From: Takakia lepidozioides
Taxonomy: Eukaryota; Plantae; Bryophyta
DNA: 64,000 nucleotides
NCBI GenBank assembly: GCA_030704615.1
Contig: CM060733.1
Coordinates: 52,886,001 to 52,950,000 of the forward strand
Direction: 5' to 3'
Below, piece after piece: positions 12,693 to 25,626 of the stretch. Each line of letters opens with the position of its first letter. Positions within the stretch are counted from its first letter, which is position 1. Below the pieces are notes generated by a model. It did no database searches. It worked only from the letters and a program-made list of their open reading frames with translations, and had not been told where the DNA came from. Both the position numbers and the translations under genes were made by a program.

Positions 12693-14312
12693 GCTTTCAT
12701 GCTTCACCTGCATTTGGTATAGCTGTTGCTTATGTGCTTCGTGCAACTGGTCTTGCGCGAGGCCTGCCTCAATCAATTGTTCCTTGGCCAATTGCAAAGC
12801 CGCTTTTGTACTCTCTAAGTCTTGCTGTATCTTGAGAGTGACCTCCTCATCGACCTTGTTTGCACACTCAGTGGCAAGTCGAGCCTCAAACTCCTTCCTG
12901 AGTTCCTCCCTCAAAGCTGCCAATTGGGTAGTTGGAACATGGGATTTGACATAAGTGCCCAACAAATTAAGTGTCCTGCTTATGGAACTCATAAGCATGG
13001 CATGTTGAGGGTCATCATGGTGAGCTTGCTGCTGTTCTCCCTGATCCTCAACAGTGTGATGCCTCACGAACCATTCAGGCCATTGCCCCACCAGATTTTC
13101 TTCCTGAACCACTTCATCCGTCACAGGTGCTACAGTGTCTTGACATTCTACCTGTGGTACCTCCGTCGCAGGTGCGTGTATTATATGCACCGCAGGGTTT
13201 CCCCTGGACAACCGTTGCACCTCCGGAATCACTGTTTCCTTGACCAGACCAGAATTTTCATAGAGAAGGTCCCCCTTCTCAATTTCTGCCACCACCTGTT
13301 CTGTAGTGGGGATATCTAACCCTTCTTTCTCCAAATCAATTATTTCTGGTGGAACTGCATGGAACAACTTGTGGTAACTCTGTGATAAGCCGATCATCTG
13401 GCTGTGATGGCTGTGATACTGAAGTAACTTCTTCTTCCCTCTCTGAAGGTCCTGCTTCCAATAATAGCAGCTCTCTGTGCTGCTGTGCCCCTTCCTGCAC
13501 AAGAGCTTGGGAAACATTATCATGCGGTTTCCGTGAAGCCAGTGGATCCGCCACTACAGTCTTTCCCCGCCTCTGTCTCTTAGACTGGGGTTGCCCTGCC
13601 AGTCCACCCTCACTGTGTGAAGAGCCTTGCTCTTCCATTGCAGTGGTTTTGGTCTCAAACACTCCCATCTCTTTTCTTTCCCGAGCATCAAGTATGCAAG
13701 AATCAAGAATTATTTGAGCAATGATTGGGCCAGATACTATGATAGGAGACTTTGCGGCAGTACCCTGTAATCTTTTCATCTCCTCTACCAGTGCGTTGTA
13801 CATTATGTCCGCCCATACTACCTATTCTTCTCTCAGGGCTTTGAGTATTTCCTCTGTAAAGGATCTGCTCAAATACTGTTGGTTCTGTTTCATGGCAAAC
13901 AAAACGTTCAAATTGGCCTACCTCCCTTAGCCCTGGGTACACGGCCTTGGTACAAGCATAACCATGAGTTTTAAAGAAACTCCCTTCTTGGAATAAGTCC
14001 CAATTTGCAGTCTTGCCCTGTGCTCCTCCACATGCACCTGACCTGATGGCAATTCAAACAATTGCTGTAGGTATAGGGGAGTAATTTCTAATTCAACTCC
14101 CTTCACCGTTGTTGCTCCTGTCCTAGGCTCAAAGTTCTGCAAGAATTGTAACATATATACTGCCTATGGTGCAATGTCCAATCTTTGCTTTGCAATCCTT
14201 CTAATCGCAGCTCCTTCAGTAACTGTACCGCCTGTGGAGTAGCAATCGTTTGTTTCTACAGGATTGTGGTGCTCTTCACCCTGATTTCTTCCATTCCTCT
14301 CACTCTCTTCAT
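12693..14312 (-). pseudogene. Extra ORF of element B, 3'-truncated
   Basis: MKRVRGMEEIRVKS...; MYNALVEEMKRLQGTAAKSPIIVSGPIIAQIILDSC is almost identical to the A copy. Confidence 0.75.
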
Positions 14313-15025
14313 TCTAGACCCACAGAAAGGTTTGGGCTGTAACAATTGAAGAATTGCCTGCAGGGCACAAAGCATAAACGTATGGTTTGCCACAAAATGC
14401 TATGGGTAATTTCTTGTAAGCATGCGGGGCTTGCAAGCATCGATTAAGAGAAAAGATACTCTCTGTTCTTCTATCCCCGTGCCACTGCGTAAGTAGTATC
14501 GCGAGCGTATAGTCTGTTAGTTCCCTCCATAGCTTCAAGCTATAGCATTGATGGTCTATCCCCGTCGTGACGCCCGTTACTGGGAACGACGCGACTCTTG
14601 CGCTTAAAATTCCTCCATTTTCTTGATTCTGCTTCTGGCCTTTGATTGGCTGTAACTGCTGTGAACTGGATTTTAGATTTCATTTCCTCCTCCATGGATT
14701 TTCCACTCTGGACTGTCCACTAGGATAGCACAATGTGACATGGATTTCGCTTTTCGGTACTTTTTAAAGGTTCCGTTACCCTTTCCCCGTATGCATTAAT
14801 GGGCCCATAATAAGTTAATGTGCCGGGTAGGTACTTTGACGGCCAATTTTGTCTTTCCCTGATGACACTCGCCTTTGCATGTCCGGCTGTGTGTCTCGCC
14901 CTGGCGTCCACGTGTCCATTTCTACACGTGCCTTCGTCCACTTTTCCGCCGGCCACTGTCCGGATGTTCCCCACATCCACCTGTCACTGATCCTATGGAT
15001 TGTGTAACCCTAGTAGGCCTGTGTT

Positions 15026-15345
15026 TTGTGCTGTGACAGGCTGTGTCATACTGTGGTACGCTGTGATAGGTGTGTGGCATTGTGGTAAGCTGTGATAGGC
15101 TGTGACACGCTGTGAGGCTGTGGGTGTGTTGTGCCGTGCTGGGCTGTGATATGCTGTGTCGTGCCGTACTGGGCTGTGATAGGCTGTGTTGCGTCGTGTT
15201 GGGATATGATAGGCCGTGTCGCGCTGTGTTGGGCTGTGATAGGCTGTGTCGCGCCGTGCTGGGCTGTGATAGGCTGTGTCGCGCCGTGCTGGGCTGTGAT
15301 AGGCTGTGTTGCGCCGTGCTGGGCTGTGATATGCTGTGTCGCGCC
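15026..15345. repeat. 30-bp minisatellite (GGGCTGTGATAGGCTGTGTCGCGCCGTGCT-like)
   Basis: At least six near-perfect 30-bp units at 15140-15345 plus degenerate units. Confidence 0.92.
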
Positions 15346-15399
15346 TGTACTGCCCGCCCTCGTCATATACGCTCGGCCTAGCGACAAGTGCTCCATACT

Positions 15400-17709
15400 C
15401 TGTTGGTATCACTGGCGCATCCCGTGACTGCTTTTGCGTTTCAACATGCAAATCATGCTGCAATGGTTTGTCATGGATACCACTGTACCCCTTCAACTTA
15501 TTGGCATTGACTCTTCCCAGCATCTCTTTGTTAATGGTTTGTAGCATGGCGGTGTTGTTATCATACATTTTCTGTATGACATAAGGTCCTTTCCATGGTG
15601 ATTTAAGCTTAGAAGCTTTAATCTTTCCCTTCTTCTGCAACCAGAGAATCTTTATCTTGCCTTCATCAAACTGTTCCTTTCTCTTCATCTGAATTCTGGT
15701 CATGTTATCAGCTGCATCAGCACGTACTTCTTCCACATGGTATAATTCATGTTTCCTGACCTTAATTGAATCTTGCAATTCCATTCTCTTTCCCCATTCC
15801 GTTCTCATGGTAGGTAACAGGAATTCCACTGGAAGTAAAGCTTCCATACCATAAACTAATTGGAATGGTGTATACTTAGTGGTGACTTTATATGAAGTCC
15901 TGTATGACCACAAAGCTGTCAGCAGCTTTGTATCCCAATCCGTTTTGTTTGCATTGACTATCTTAGCCAAGATAGTACATAGTATTTTGTTGGTAGCCTC
16001 TGCCTGCCCATTACCCTGTGGGTATATGTTGTACTCTTCCTATGCACAATCATGAACTCTTTAGTCAATAATTCAATGGTCTCATTAATGAAGTGACTTC
16101 CCTGATCACTGATAAATTCCAAGGGACAGCCAAATCGTGTAAGTATGTTCTCATACAGGAACCTTGCTGTGGACTTGGCTGTGTTGTCCCTCAAAGCTTT
16201 AGCTTCCACCCACTTCGTAGTATAATCAGTGGCTGTAATTATGTACCTGTTCTGTGTATTCTTGGCTGGTGGGTTAATTGGTCCAACAAAGTCTAGTCCC
16301 CATTTCTGAAATGGTTCCGTAGGCATTGTAGGATGCAAAGCCATCTTCCCAGATCTTTGCAAAGGTCCTAGCCTTTGACATTCATCACAACTCTGACAAT
16401 ATTTGTGTACATCTTTGAACAAAGTAGGCCACAAGTAACCTGCATGTAGTATCTTCCTACTGGTAGTCTCTTCTCCAAAATGACCTCCTGCCACTCCTTT
16501 ATGAACTTCCTCCAAAACTTTATTAACTTCATGGTGGTATAAGCATCGCTTCAGCACTCCATCTGGTCCTAGCTTATACATTCTGCTCCTTATCATAGTG
16601 TAAGGTAGAGCCTTGATAGCAATTCTCTTTCTCTGCTCCTTTCCATAACTTGGTGGGCACTGACCATGAGCAAGGTAGTATCTGATTGGCCACTGCCAAT
16701 CTAACCAGTCATCTGCACTTCCCTGCACCTCCACTGCAAATAGAGTCGCATCTAGTAATTGATCATCTACTCCCGTGGCTGGTTCTCCTGTTGATAACCG
16801 TGACAAGTGATCCGCCACAAGATGCACCCTCCCAGGCTTGTAAACAACCTCGAACTCAAACTCGTGCAAGATTATCAACCATCTTGCTATTCTTCCGCTT
16901 ATCAGAGGTTTGTTTACCAGGTATATCAGAGCCTGGTGATCCACATAGAACATAAACTTCTTGCCCAACAGGTAATGCCTGAATTTCTTCACTGCATAGA
17001 TCATTGCCAATGCTTCTCTTTCCGTTGTGCTATAATTTCTTTCGGCATTGTTCATCAATCGGCTAGCATAGTACACATGTGAATCTATCCTTCCTGTAAC
17101 ATTTTGGGCTAACACTGCTCCTAGTGCTTCTCCAGAAGCATCACAGTGAACATGAAATATTTCCTGCCAGTGAGGATTAATCAACACAGGTGTAGTTGTT
17201 ACTGACAATGTAAGTTCCTCAAAAGCCTGTTGACATTCAGGTGTCCATGCAAACACTGCATCTTTCTTCAGAAGTTTGCTCAATGGTGCTGCTATCTGTG
17301 CATACTGTCTCACAAATCTTCTGTAATAACTGGTTTGCCCAAGGAATCTCCTTAGACTCTTAACATTCATTGGTGGTGGAGAGGCTTTAATGGCCTCTAT
17401 TTTCCTGGTCTCCACAAGAAGTCCCCTCTTACACACAATGTGTCCCAGAAGCACCCCTGAGTTCACACAGAAAGTACACTTCTCTGGATTCAGGCCCAGA
17501 CCTCTCATCCTGCATCTGGCCAGACATAACTCCAATTTATGCAAGTGCTCATTCTTAGAGCTGTACACACTGAAATCATCCAAGAACACCTGCATGAAAT
17601 CATCCAGATACTCATGAAAAGATTCACTTATCACTCTCGGAAAGGTTGCTGGTGCATTACAAAGTCCAAAAGGCATGACTTTGTATGCATAAGCACCCCA
17701 GTTTGTGAT
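15400..17709 (-). pseudogene. pol of element B (partial RT with FLDD, RNaseH, integrase)
   Basis: VFLDDFSVY, VHCDASG, NYSTTEREAL, GHFG...CDECQ, WGLDF, SDQG, WKGPY; frameshift near 16025. Confidence 0.92.
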
Positions 17710-18239
17710 TTTATTTTTTCCTGGTAGTGGCTTGGGGAATATGGAAAAGAGAGAGTGGAGATGAAGGAGGCTGGATGGAGATGATGTGATTGAAGACACT
17801 AACCGTCTTCCGTGAATTACATGTTCCCGGGAAACGGTTAGAACAGGGGGGAAGGAGATAAAGGGGGCAGCGGAGACGGGAGAGGACCACTTTTTTTGGA
17901 TGGAGATCACTCCTGGGAAAGGACTAAGATCGGAGGAAGGGAAGCTGGCGAGGAGGAAGGAGATACTATAGGACAGAGTTAGTACGAGATGTAGGATTAC
18001 TTAGAGGGATAGATTAGAGAAGTTAGGACATCAGCATGTATCCGATTATGATTAATCTGATTCTCATCCGATACAAACACCTTGTGTTGAGAGACTTGAG
18101 TGAAGCTGTGTATGAATGAAATCAGGGGGCCCAAGAAGCAATCTGACGCTTAAAAAGATACCTGGTCATGATAAACAGGGAATATAAACTGATAAGGAAT
18201 ATAATTGAAAACCCAACAATGATTCACTAGCTGCAGGTC

Positions 18240-19529
18240 ATGACTGATTGTTTCACGCGGGCTGAATGCTTAGAGATATCCAACTCTTCTATCTTGGAGT
18301 TTCCCCCTCGGATAGCGAAGGGATGGGTGAGTAAAAGCCGTGTGACATTTGGCGACCATACTGGGGAACTGAGTCATGAACAACCAGATGTGACAGGCAT
18401 CTGGTGGGATCATGGTGGTTGGAGGATTAAAGAATTTGAAGTGAATCAAATTCCCTATGGAACGAAGGAAGAAAGATTGTCCAAACAATTCTTTCAAATG
18501 TTCTTGGAATTGCCAGACGGTTGTAAAGAAAATATTCTTAAGCGAGTGCATGATGCTAATCCGGAATGGGGTCTGGAGAAAGGAGTGATAAGATTTATCA
18601 GGTAGCCTGTAGAGGAAGAGCACGGTGGTTACCAACATTGGTTTATGTGATAGCCTTACTATCTATTAAGCGGGTAGAGTTTGAAAGCTGGGAGGAAAGG
18701 AAAGTGAATGTTTACACTCATATGCATGGGGGAGCTTGTATTGGTAAAGAATTGGATTCCAAAGGATATCTTGTGGATCAAACTTACACCAAGAACAGCT
18801 TTTCAGACTTGTTTACCATATGGTTATATGGTAACGGAGACTTCCAGTATAGCCAGAGGTACATTGAAGCTGGAAAGAAACCCAGGCATATATGAGAGAT
18901 ACTACAGGAGAGAATTTTGGTTGTTGCCACACTAAAAGAAATGAAAGATATGGGACATGAGTGATGAAAGAGAAGCTAGACTCCAAAGATATTCAGCAAA
19001 AAGAGAAAGTTATCTGAAAGCTCATTATCCATATCTGTGGGAGAGATGAATAGACATTGGGGAATCATCTGGACCTCTCACACCATTGAGATCAGGGAGT
19101 ACATCACCTATACCAGAGGAGCTAGAGTTGGATACCACATCTTCTTTTTCTTTGCAAGAAAGATTAAGGGACTTGGTAGAGGAAGAAGATCAACCACGAG
19201 GTGAAGGATCTGAGGTACATCCCTGGATAAAAGATTTGGCAGAAATCTTTGATAAGAGTTGGCATGGAACACCAAGAGCAGGAACTCCAGTTTCGGGAGC
19301 AGAAGATGAGGATGCAGAACCAGCGGAGAGTTCAAACTCTCCAACATTATTACAAAATAGTTACATGAGTGAAGAAGAAGAAAACCAAGGAAAGAAATTG
19401 GAAGATGAGGAATATGAAGAAGTAGACCCAGCAGCTGAGGTTGAGACTACAACCAGGACTTCCCAACCCGTTGGACCTGGATCAAGTGGAGCACTTGGAT
19501 CACAGGCCAACAAAGGTGTCGGCGATAGA
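18240..19529 (+). pseudogene. Degenerate coding region of unknown type, probably the N-terminal (pre-capsid) part of a gypsy gag
   Basis: Consecutive plus-strand ORFs 18240, 18566 and 19086 end in an acidic, then T/P/G-rich linker loosely like the one preceding the capsid in element A. It is cut off by the LTR. Confidence 0.35.
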
Positions 19530-19918
19530 TGTTGTTCCCCACAGTCGTTCCCTGTCATGATAACCTTCCCTACGACTGTGACAGCTGTGTCAGACTGTGT
19601 CGGGCTGTGACTGGCTGTGCCGGGCTGTGTGTGGCTGTGACGGGCTGTGACTGGCTGTGCCAGGCTGTGTGTGCTGTGACGGGCTGTGACTGTGTCAGGC
19701 TGTGACTGGTTGTGACGGGCTGTGTTGGCTGTGCCGGGCTGTGTGTGGCTGTGACGGGCTGTGACTGTGTCGGGCTGTGACTGGCTGTGCCGGGCTGTGT
19801 ATGGCTGTGACGGGCTATCTCAAAAAATTAAGGGTACCCCTCAGACCCATAGAAGTGTCTAAGTCCCAGACTCCACAGAACCCATAAAAATGCCTAAGTC
19901 CCAAACTGCCTCCTAACA
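19530..19918 (-). repeat. Complete LTR (389 bp) of the element A family, containing a GGCTGTG array
   Basis: TGTTG...TAACA termini; matches 2217-2465. Confidence 0.8.
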
Positions 19919-20026
19919 TGGGATTTGCTAGAGGAACTTCACACCATCAGTGTCAGCTGCTAGCAGCAAGTATTCATGATTTGTACACATACAGGGATAG
20001 CTGAAGGACCAGGGATAGAGGTCCAG

Positions 20027-20834
20027 GTTCATCCAAGAGGGCCGGATTTCAAACACAATATTAGTTCCGATTCCCTGTGGATCAAAAGCTACAAGAAATA
20101 TGCTAACGAGAAAATGGTCTGCTAATAAAGGCACCTTTTTCAACACATTTCACCCTGTTTTTCCCTCTTATCAAAATCAGCCCTAAATTTTCATGTTGAA
20201 TTCTGCAAGTTAGTTGGTTGAGTGAACCTGGGATAGTTTGGAGTGACTTTGACATGATACTGCCAATGTGACAACATGAAAGTATCCAAAAGAGGTAACA
20301 GAGATGAGGAGAAGCTGTGGAATGAATACTTTTCTGACCCCAGTCAATGGTGGGACAACCGAGGCAAAAATGTGAATGCCTGTCAGATTACCAGATGTCA
20401 TTTTGAACACTGCCCCTGCCTTGGTGGACATGTATGTCAAATGTGGGTGCAACGAGGATGCAAAGGGACTATGGCTAAACGAGATGTGGTGTCATGGAGT
20501 GCGATGTTTGCAGGGTATGCACAGCAGGGGCGTGGGATGGAGGCTTTGGAGACCTATGAGCAAATTATGAGGGAAGGGGTACTGAAGCCCGACCACATAA
20601 CGTGTGTGTGTGTGTTTGCAATGCGTGTGCAAGCCTGGCAGCCCTGGAAAGGGCAAAAGGTCCATGGTTGCATCGTCAAAGCTGCAAATGTACCAGATGT
20701 CATTCTGAACACTCCCCTGGTGGACAATATGTATGCCAAATGTAGGTGTAGCAAGGATGCAAAGGGAGTGTTCAACAACGTGGCTGAACAATATGTGGTG
20801 TCTTGGAGTACCATGATGACCACCTTCCCTGGTG

Positions 20835-20871
<37 letters not shown>

Positions 20872-22290
20872 CTCTAATGCCCTCACACTGTCCAGTGGAA
20901 ATACAGTTAGGCATTAAACCTCCCTAAACTTTGTTTTGAATATGTGACATGGGCAAGGATCTTAAGGACTATCTCAATGGCCTACCTGCCCTCGTCACTA
21001 GACTGAAATTTAAACTCGGGGTGGGAAACTCCAAGTGCATCCACGAGCTACCACACTTAACATACATGTTGACAAGGGTGTTGTGTAGAAAGCATTTAAT
21101 GCCTTCAATCCACTTAATATAATGTGAGCATATGCACCTGATTTTCAGTTTGCGGGCCTTTCAACTTGATGCTCTTACGCTTGAGACAGGGGACTTAGGT
21201 ATCTGAATATGCTGAAATTATGCCTAGCTGGTTGAAGTCTGTAGAGCCTCTTTCAGTTGCAGGATGGGGAAGGCAGGGGGCAAGGAGGTGGGGGAAAAAT
21301 AGAATACTGTTCAGTATGACTCTTGGAGCAATTCCAGCTTAAAATGTGATGATGTCACCATTGGGGCATGGACCTCTTGGTCGTTTACAAGGGACTTGGG
21401 AGGGTCAGCATGATCAGCCTATGTATGAAGGCTGGCAGCCCTAGAATTTTATAACCAGATGTCATTATGAACAATCCCTAGTTCTGGACATATATGCCAA
21501 TGTCAAGGGAGTATTCAACACTATGGCTAAACGAGATGTGGTGTCGTGGAGTGCGATGCTTGCAGGGTATGCACAGCAGGATGGAGGCTTTGGATACCTA
21601 TGAGCAAATGATGGGGAAAGGGGTGAAGCTCGACCACATCATTTTAGTGTGTGTTTGCAGTGCGTGTGCAAGCCTGGCAGCCCGGGAAAAGGGCAAAGAG
21701 GTGCATGGTTGCAACACCAAAACTGGAATTGTACCATGTGTGATTTTGAACAATACCTTGTGGACATGTATGCCAAATGTGGGAGCATTGAGGGTGCGGA
21801 GAGAGCCTTCAACACTATGGCTGAACAAGATGTGGTGTCGTGGAACGCGATGCTTGCAGGATATGCACAGCAAGGGCGCGGGATGGAGGTTTTGGAGACA
21901 GGAAAGTATCGAAAAATAGTTAACATAGACGAGGAGAAGCTCTGGAATGAATATGTTTCCGACCCCAGTCAATGGTGGAACAATCCAGGCAAAAAGGTGA
22001 ATTCCTATTGGAAGCAGATGCAAGTCAGCATAGGAACTAGTGTGATAAGTAGGATTGGGGTGTTTGTTGGAATACTTATAGGCTGTCATTGTCAGCTGCT
22101 AGCAGCAAGGCAATGATGTATGCATGATTTGTGCAGAGGCAAGGATAGCTGAAGGAGCAGGGATAGAGTGTAGGTCCAGATTCATCCAAGAGGGCCGGAT
22201 TTCAATCTCCAGATTACCTATGATTCCCTGTGGAAGGATAGCTACAAGAAACCTGCATGCGTAGATGATCAATTGGTTGGTTTTGAGCTG
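20027..22290 (+). pseudogene. Mixed debris of OSB-type PDF (ssDNA-binding) motif exons and PLS-class PPR repeats
   Basis: DEEKLWNEYFSDPSQWWDNRGK (20300-20370, second copy 21928-21996). (V/I)HPRGPDF...SLW (20027-20100, 22180-22280). PPR pieces VDMYAKCGSIEGAERAFNTMAEQDVVSWNAMLAGYAQQG. An inverted PPR piece sits at about 21030-21095. Confidence 0.7.
20836..20868. repeat. (CT)n microsatellite
   Basis: Directly visible. Confidence 0.95.
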
Positions 22291-22819
22291 AAGAGCACGA
22301 CCCCTGCAGGGATGTCTCTCCATCTGTAGATCTTTTAGGAAGTGAAAGGCCAGGGCCCAACTTTCTTATGACAGTGTTAGCTGATTTTCAGTTCTTCTCC
22401 TCAGCTCGGTGCATTTCTGTTTCCAAGTTATGGCAGTAGTTTCTGGCTGCAGTCTCTTTTCCTGCTAGACTCTTTAGCTCTATGCAAACCCCCTTCTTTA
22501 CTTGCTTTCCTTTTTACTACTCTTTCTTGTCTTGGTACGCGAAGCTGTGTCTTCCTCTTTCAGCCTCTATGGCACTCTATCCAGAGGTTATTTTTTCCTC
22601 TTTGTATCCAAGGACATTTTATGTCCATTACCTATAAAGTTCTGGAGGCCATGTCCCCCCATTGTCCTTATTTGTTAACAAAAAAAAAATAAAAAAAATA
22701 AAAGACAACAATGGCTTCCATTCTATTTTCCTAGAAACCTAATGAGAATTTAAATCAATTAATAATGTAAATATTATAATTGTATGATTTAATTTATTAA
22801 ATTAAAATATTATTAAAAA

Positions 22820-23232
22820 ACCTCTTTAGTCATGAAGTTATATACTCATGACTACATCATGGCATCATGGCATTATATGATACGATATTCTTTCCCACGT
22901 GTAAGTCATATATGTTGTCCATGTGGACACGTGTCACATCTGGAGTGTTACATGTGTCCCTCTGACGCCTCTCCAATGGAGTCATATACTTTGTAGACAT
23001 GTAGTCATATAGTTTATCATATACAAATCATATAATTGTGACTACATCGCTCTCTGCAGCATGACTCCAGGTGCCACGCACGCAGTCACGGCTATGACTT
23101 GCAAAACGCAGTCCTAAAGACTAGTCGCTATAACAAGGTTTTTTTTACTGCAGAGTGATGTAGTCATGAACGCATATAGGAATGAAAAAATAGTCATATG
23201 TGCAGTCATAAAAACGCTCATCTGTTGTAGTG
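22820..23232. mobile_element. CACTA (En/Spm) terminal fragment
   Basis: Ends in ...CTGTTGTAGTG (CACTACAACAG on the minus strand) with many subterminal AGTCAT/ATGACT repeats in both orientations. The partner end was not found. Confidence 0.7.
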
Positions 23233-24502
23233 CTTGCTGTCCCACCACTATGAGAACTTCATGAGATCAGCCACAACTATCTCATACCCTGGAGTTGCCC
23301 TACATGTGAGGTCCACCAACAGCTGTCCCTTCCATTCACACCTTGCTGGGCATACCCTGTGTTAATCACACTCCCTCAGACCAGATTTCAGCCATGTCAT
23401 CAGTCGCTCCAACCTTCTCTATGCTACTGCAACTGACCAGTACAGTGATTAAACAGCTCGAGGTGCTTGCTTCTTGAGATCCCAAAGCCCATCAGATCTG
23501 ACCAACATGATCGTAGACATACCCTTTGCCGTCATCCAACAGGTGGAAGCTCAGTCTCCTTTATGTCCTGACCTCAGATTCGCAATCCACACACTATCCA
23601 TTAAATTTGGCCCGAGTCAGCTCTTCCTTCGGCAACTTGCTGGTTCCTCACACAACTGTATCGCTGCCCGCAAACCCATGCTAGACACCAAGTGTGAATT
23701 GGCTGTCTATGCACAAAGTGTCTGCCACAAGTAGCCGCTTGCACAAACTGAATAATGCCTGCGTGAGACAGTCGTCTTTATTTTTTATTGTTCTTAGCCG
23801 CTTGGCAGCCTGATTTGCTCATCATCTGAGAAAAACTCCACAGCCTCATCAGCCAGTTTTTCTTCATCAATGCCTGAAGCATCATAGGCCTTCATGTGTA
23901 GGCTAGGGTTGTCCAAAACATAGTTGGCAAATCCTGGCACATAAGTAATCTTCTCCCCCGATTTATGTCTTATCAACGCTCTTTCCAAGAGCGATTTATC
24001 CACTGATCAGTACCAAAAATCACAACGTTACATAGAACTTTGTTTTCTTGCGGGAACCCAAGGGTGCAATAAGCTGTTGGCTGGCTGCCGCCTTGTTAAA
24101 CGGCCCACCTGCGTAACTCAGAACCTGCCCATGCTCTCATACACAAGCTTGCATAACCCTAGCAAGCTACAATGCCATCTTAGAGCAAACTGAGCTGCAG
24201 CAGAAATAGTATCCGTGCCATAACGATCCTCAAGCTCAGCCTGACCTGGTTCTCCATTTCAAAAATACTATTTGTATATCGACGGGAACAACCTCCAAGG
24301 AGTTCGCCAAGTTGGTGGGAATCTCTTAAACTATTCCCCCAAGACCAAGAAAATGCGACGTTGCTGCTGGGCGGCTGCAGCCCGCCGCTTCACTAATCGA
24401 CCAACTCCAGAATGCTGCCACGGCCTGCTTTGCTTTTGCATTGGCATATACATCTATACACAATTTATTTATTTATTTATCGGTGACTTCGGCAGTTCCC
24501 AG

Positions 24503-24600
24503 AAAAGTCCACAATTTGGTGCTCATTGATGGGCAGCGAGAAGAGGTATATCTGCTCCAGACTAGACTTGATCTTCCCGTCCTTAACCAACCTCTCGAGC
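24503..24600 (-). pseudogene. RPS2: Short fragment of 40S ribosomal protein S2 (uS5)
   Basis: Minus-strand translation [32 protein letters not shown] resembles the conserved [30 protein letters not shown]. Confidence 0.7.
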
Positions 24601-25228
24601 TAGAAGGCAATGGATATACCACAGGGGTGGCAAAGCTAACAGCTGATCACCACTTGGTCATTATTCCCAATATCGACGGATGGATACTTTAGCATACACC
24701 AAATCCAACTATGGGACTGATCAGGAATGTCGGAAAATAGACTGTGGTAGCTGCCTGTTGGCCATCAACACTCCTACTTTGTCGTGTCATCTTCTCTTGT
24801 AATACGAACTGACACAATAGGAAACTTTGCAAGCAACTACTCATGGCAAAATGGAAACTTGCCTTGCCTTGCCTATGGCCATGCCAGTATCGTGTTTATC
24901 TGCTTGCTCACAGTGCGATGTGGCATGGTAGACCATCCTCTCTCTCATGGCCATCCTCTCGGCGTCCTTGCCAAGCTAACCCATAAGCACGACAACCGCT
25001 TCTCATTCGGCCTTCACTACTCGCACACCATACATATGGTCAGAATAAGTCTGAGTTCCTACTGTCACCACCAACCAAAATCAGGAGCCCTCCTCTGATC
25101 GCTATGCTTCCCATGACCATCTATATACCCAGAAACCAGAGATAATCGAAACCTGCATGTTTTTTTTTGTTTTTTTTTTAAAGCTTTTCACTACTTGCAC
25201 ACAGGTAATCATACTAGTACTAATCCTC

Positions 25229-25626
25229 AACTCCTACCTTGCACTCGCAGGTAAGAGATCATCTCTCTCGAGTGATATGAAAACTAAACTCACACTGTCT
25301 ATTGACACAAAACACGAAATACAATATAATCACTCGTTAAAATAAGAGTAAAGCCAGGGGCACCCCAAGCTATGGGGACTCCACCCCACAACATCCTACT
25401 CTCCCTCCATAAGTACACTCAGATGTTAAGCAGCGAGGGAGCTCGGTCGTGCAGGCTCAACTCGAGAGAGATGAGCCGCACGACTGACGAGCTCGTGAAG
25501 ATAAGATGGTTCAGGTGTCAAGCTAAACTTGACACCTGACTTAACACTTGAACTAATTCCAAGTGTTAAATACAAATAGCTAGATTTATTCTAGTTAGTT
25601 TCACACTGTGTTTATTTAACTTGACA
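25229..25626 (-). mobile_element. 5' LTR (25273-25626) plus PBS-region remnant of a family related to the DNMT-carrying gypsy element
   Basis: Shares CTCGAGTGATA, CTCAACTCGAGAxAGATGAGC, GTTTCACACT and the terminal AACTTGACA with 48009-48330, plus equivalent hairpins. Confidence 0.75.

Larger units (their letters stand above)
12693..17709 (-). mobile_element. Ty3/gypsy element B (relative of A), internal fragment: RT C-half, RNaseH, integrase, repeat array, 5' half of the extra ORF
   Basis: Colinear with A; ORFs 15958-17709 and 14993-15970; extra ORF ATG at 14312. Confidence 0.9.

Noticed and set aside
15026-15345. Regular repeat array resembling CRISPR
   Set aside because: Head-to-tail minisatellite without unique spacers; eukaryotic context; no cas genes.
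15958-17910. 650-aa ORF as an intact gene
   Set aside because: The first roughly 67 residues are read-through across a rearrangement junction; the RT N-terminus is missing.
19530-19918. Solo LTR
   Set aside because: Flanks ATAGA and TGGGA do not form a TSD.
25484-25510. CTGACGAGCTCGTGAAG resembling a hammerhead ribozyme core (retrozyme)
   Set aside because: No stem II closure followed by GAAA, and the motif is absent from the related LTR.
24780-25626. TGTCGTG at 24780 as the other end of the related LTR element
   Set aside because: Flanks (ACTT vs TGGT) are not a duplication, and similarity to segment A stops after 7 bp.
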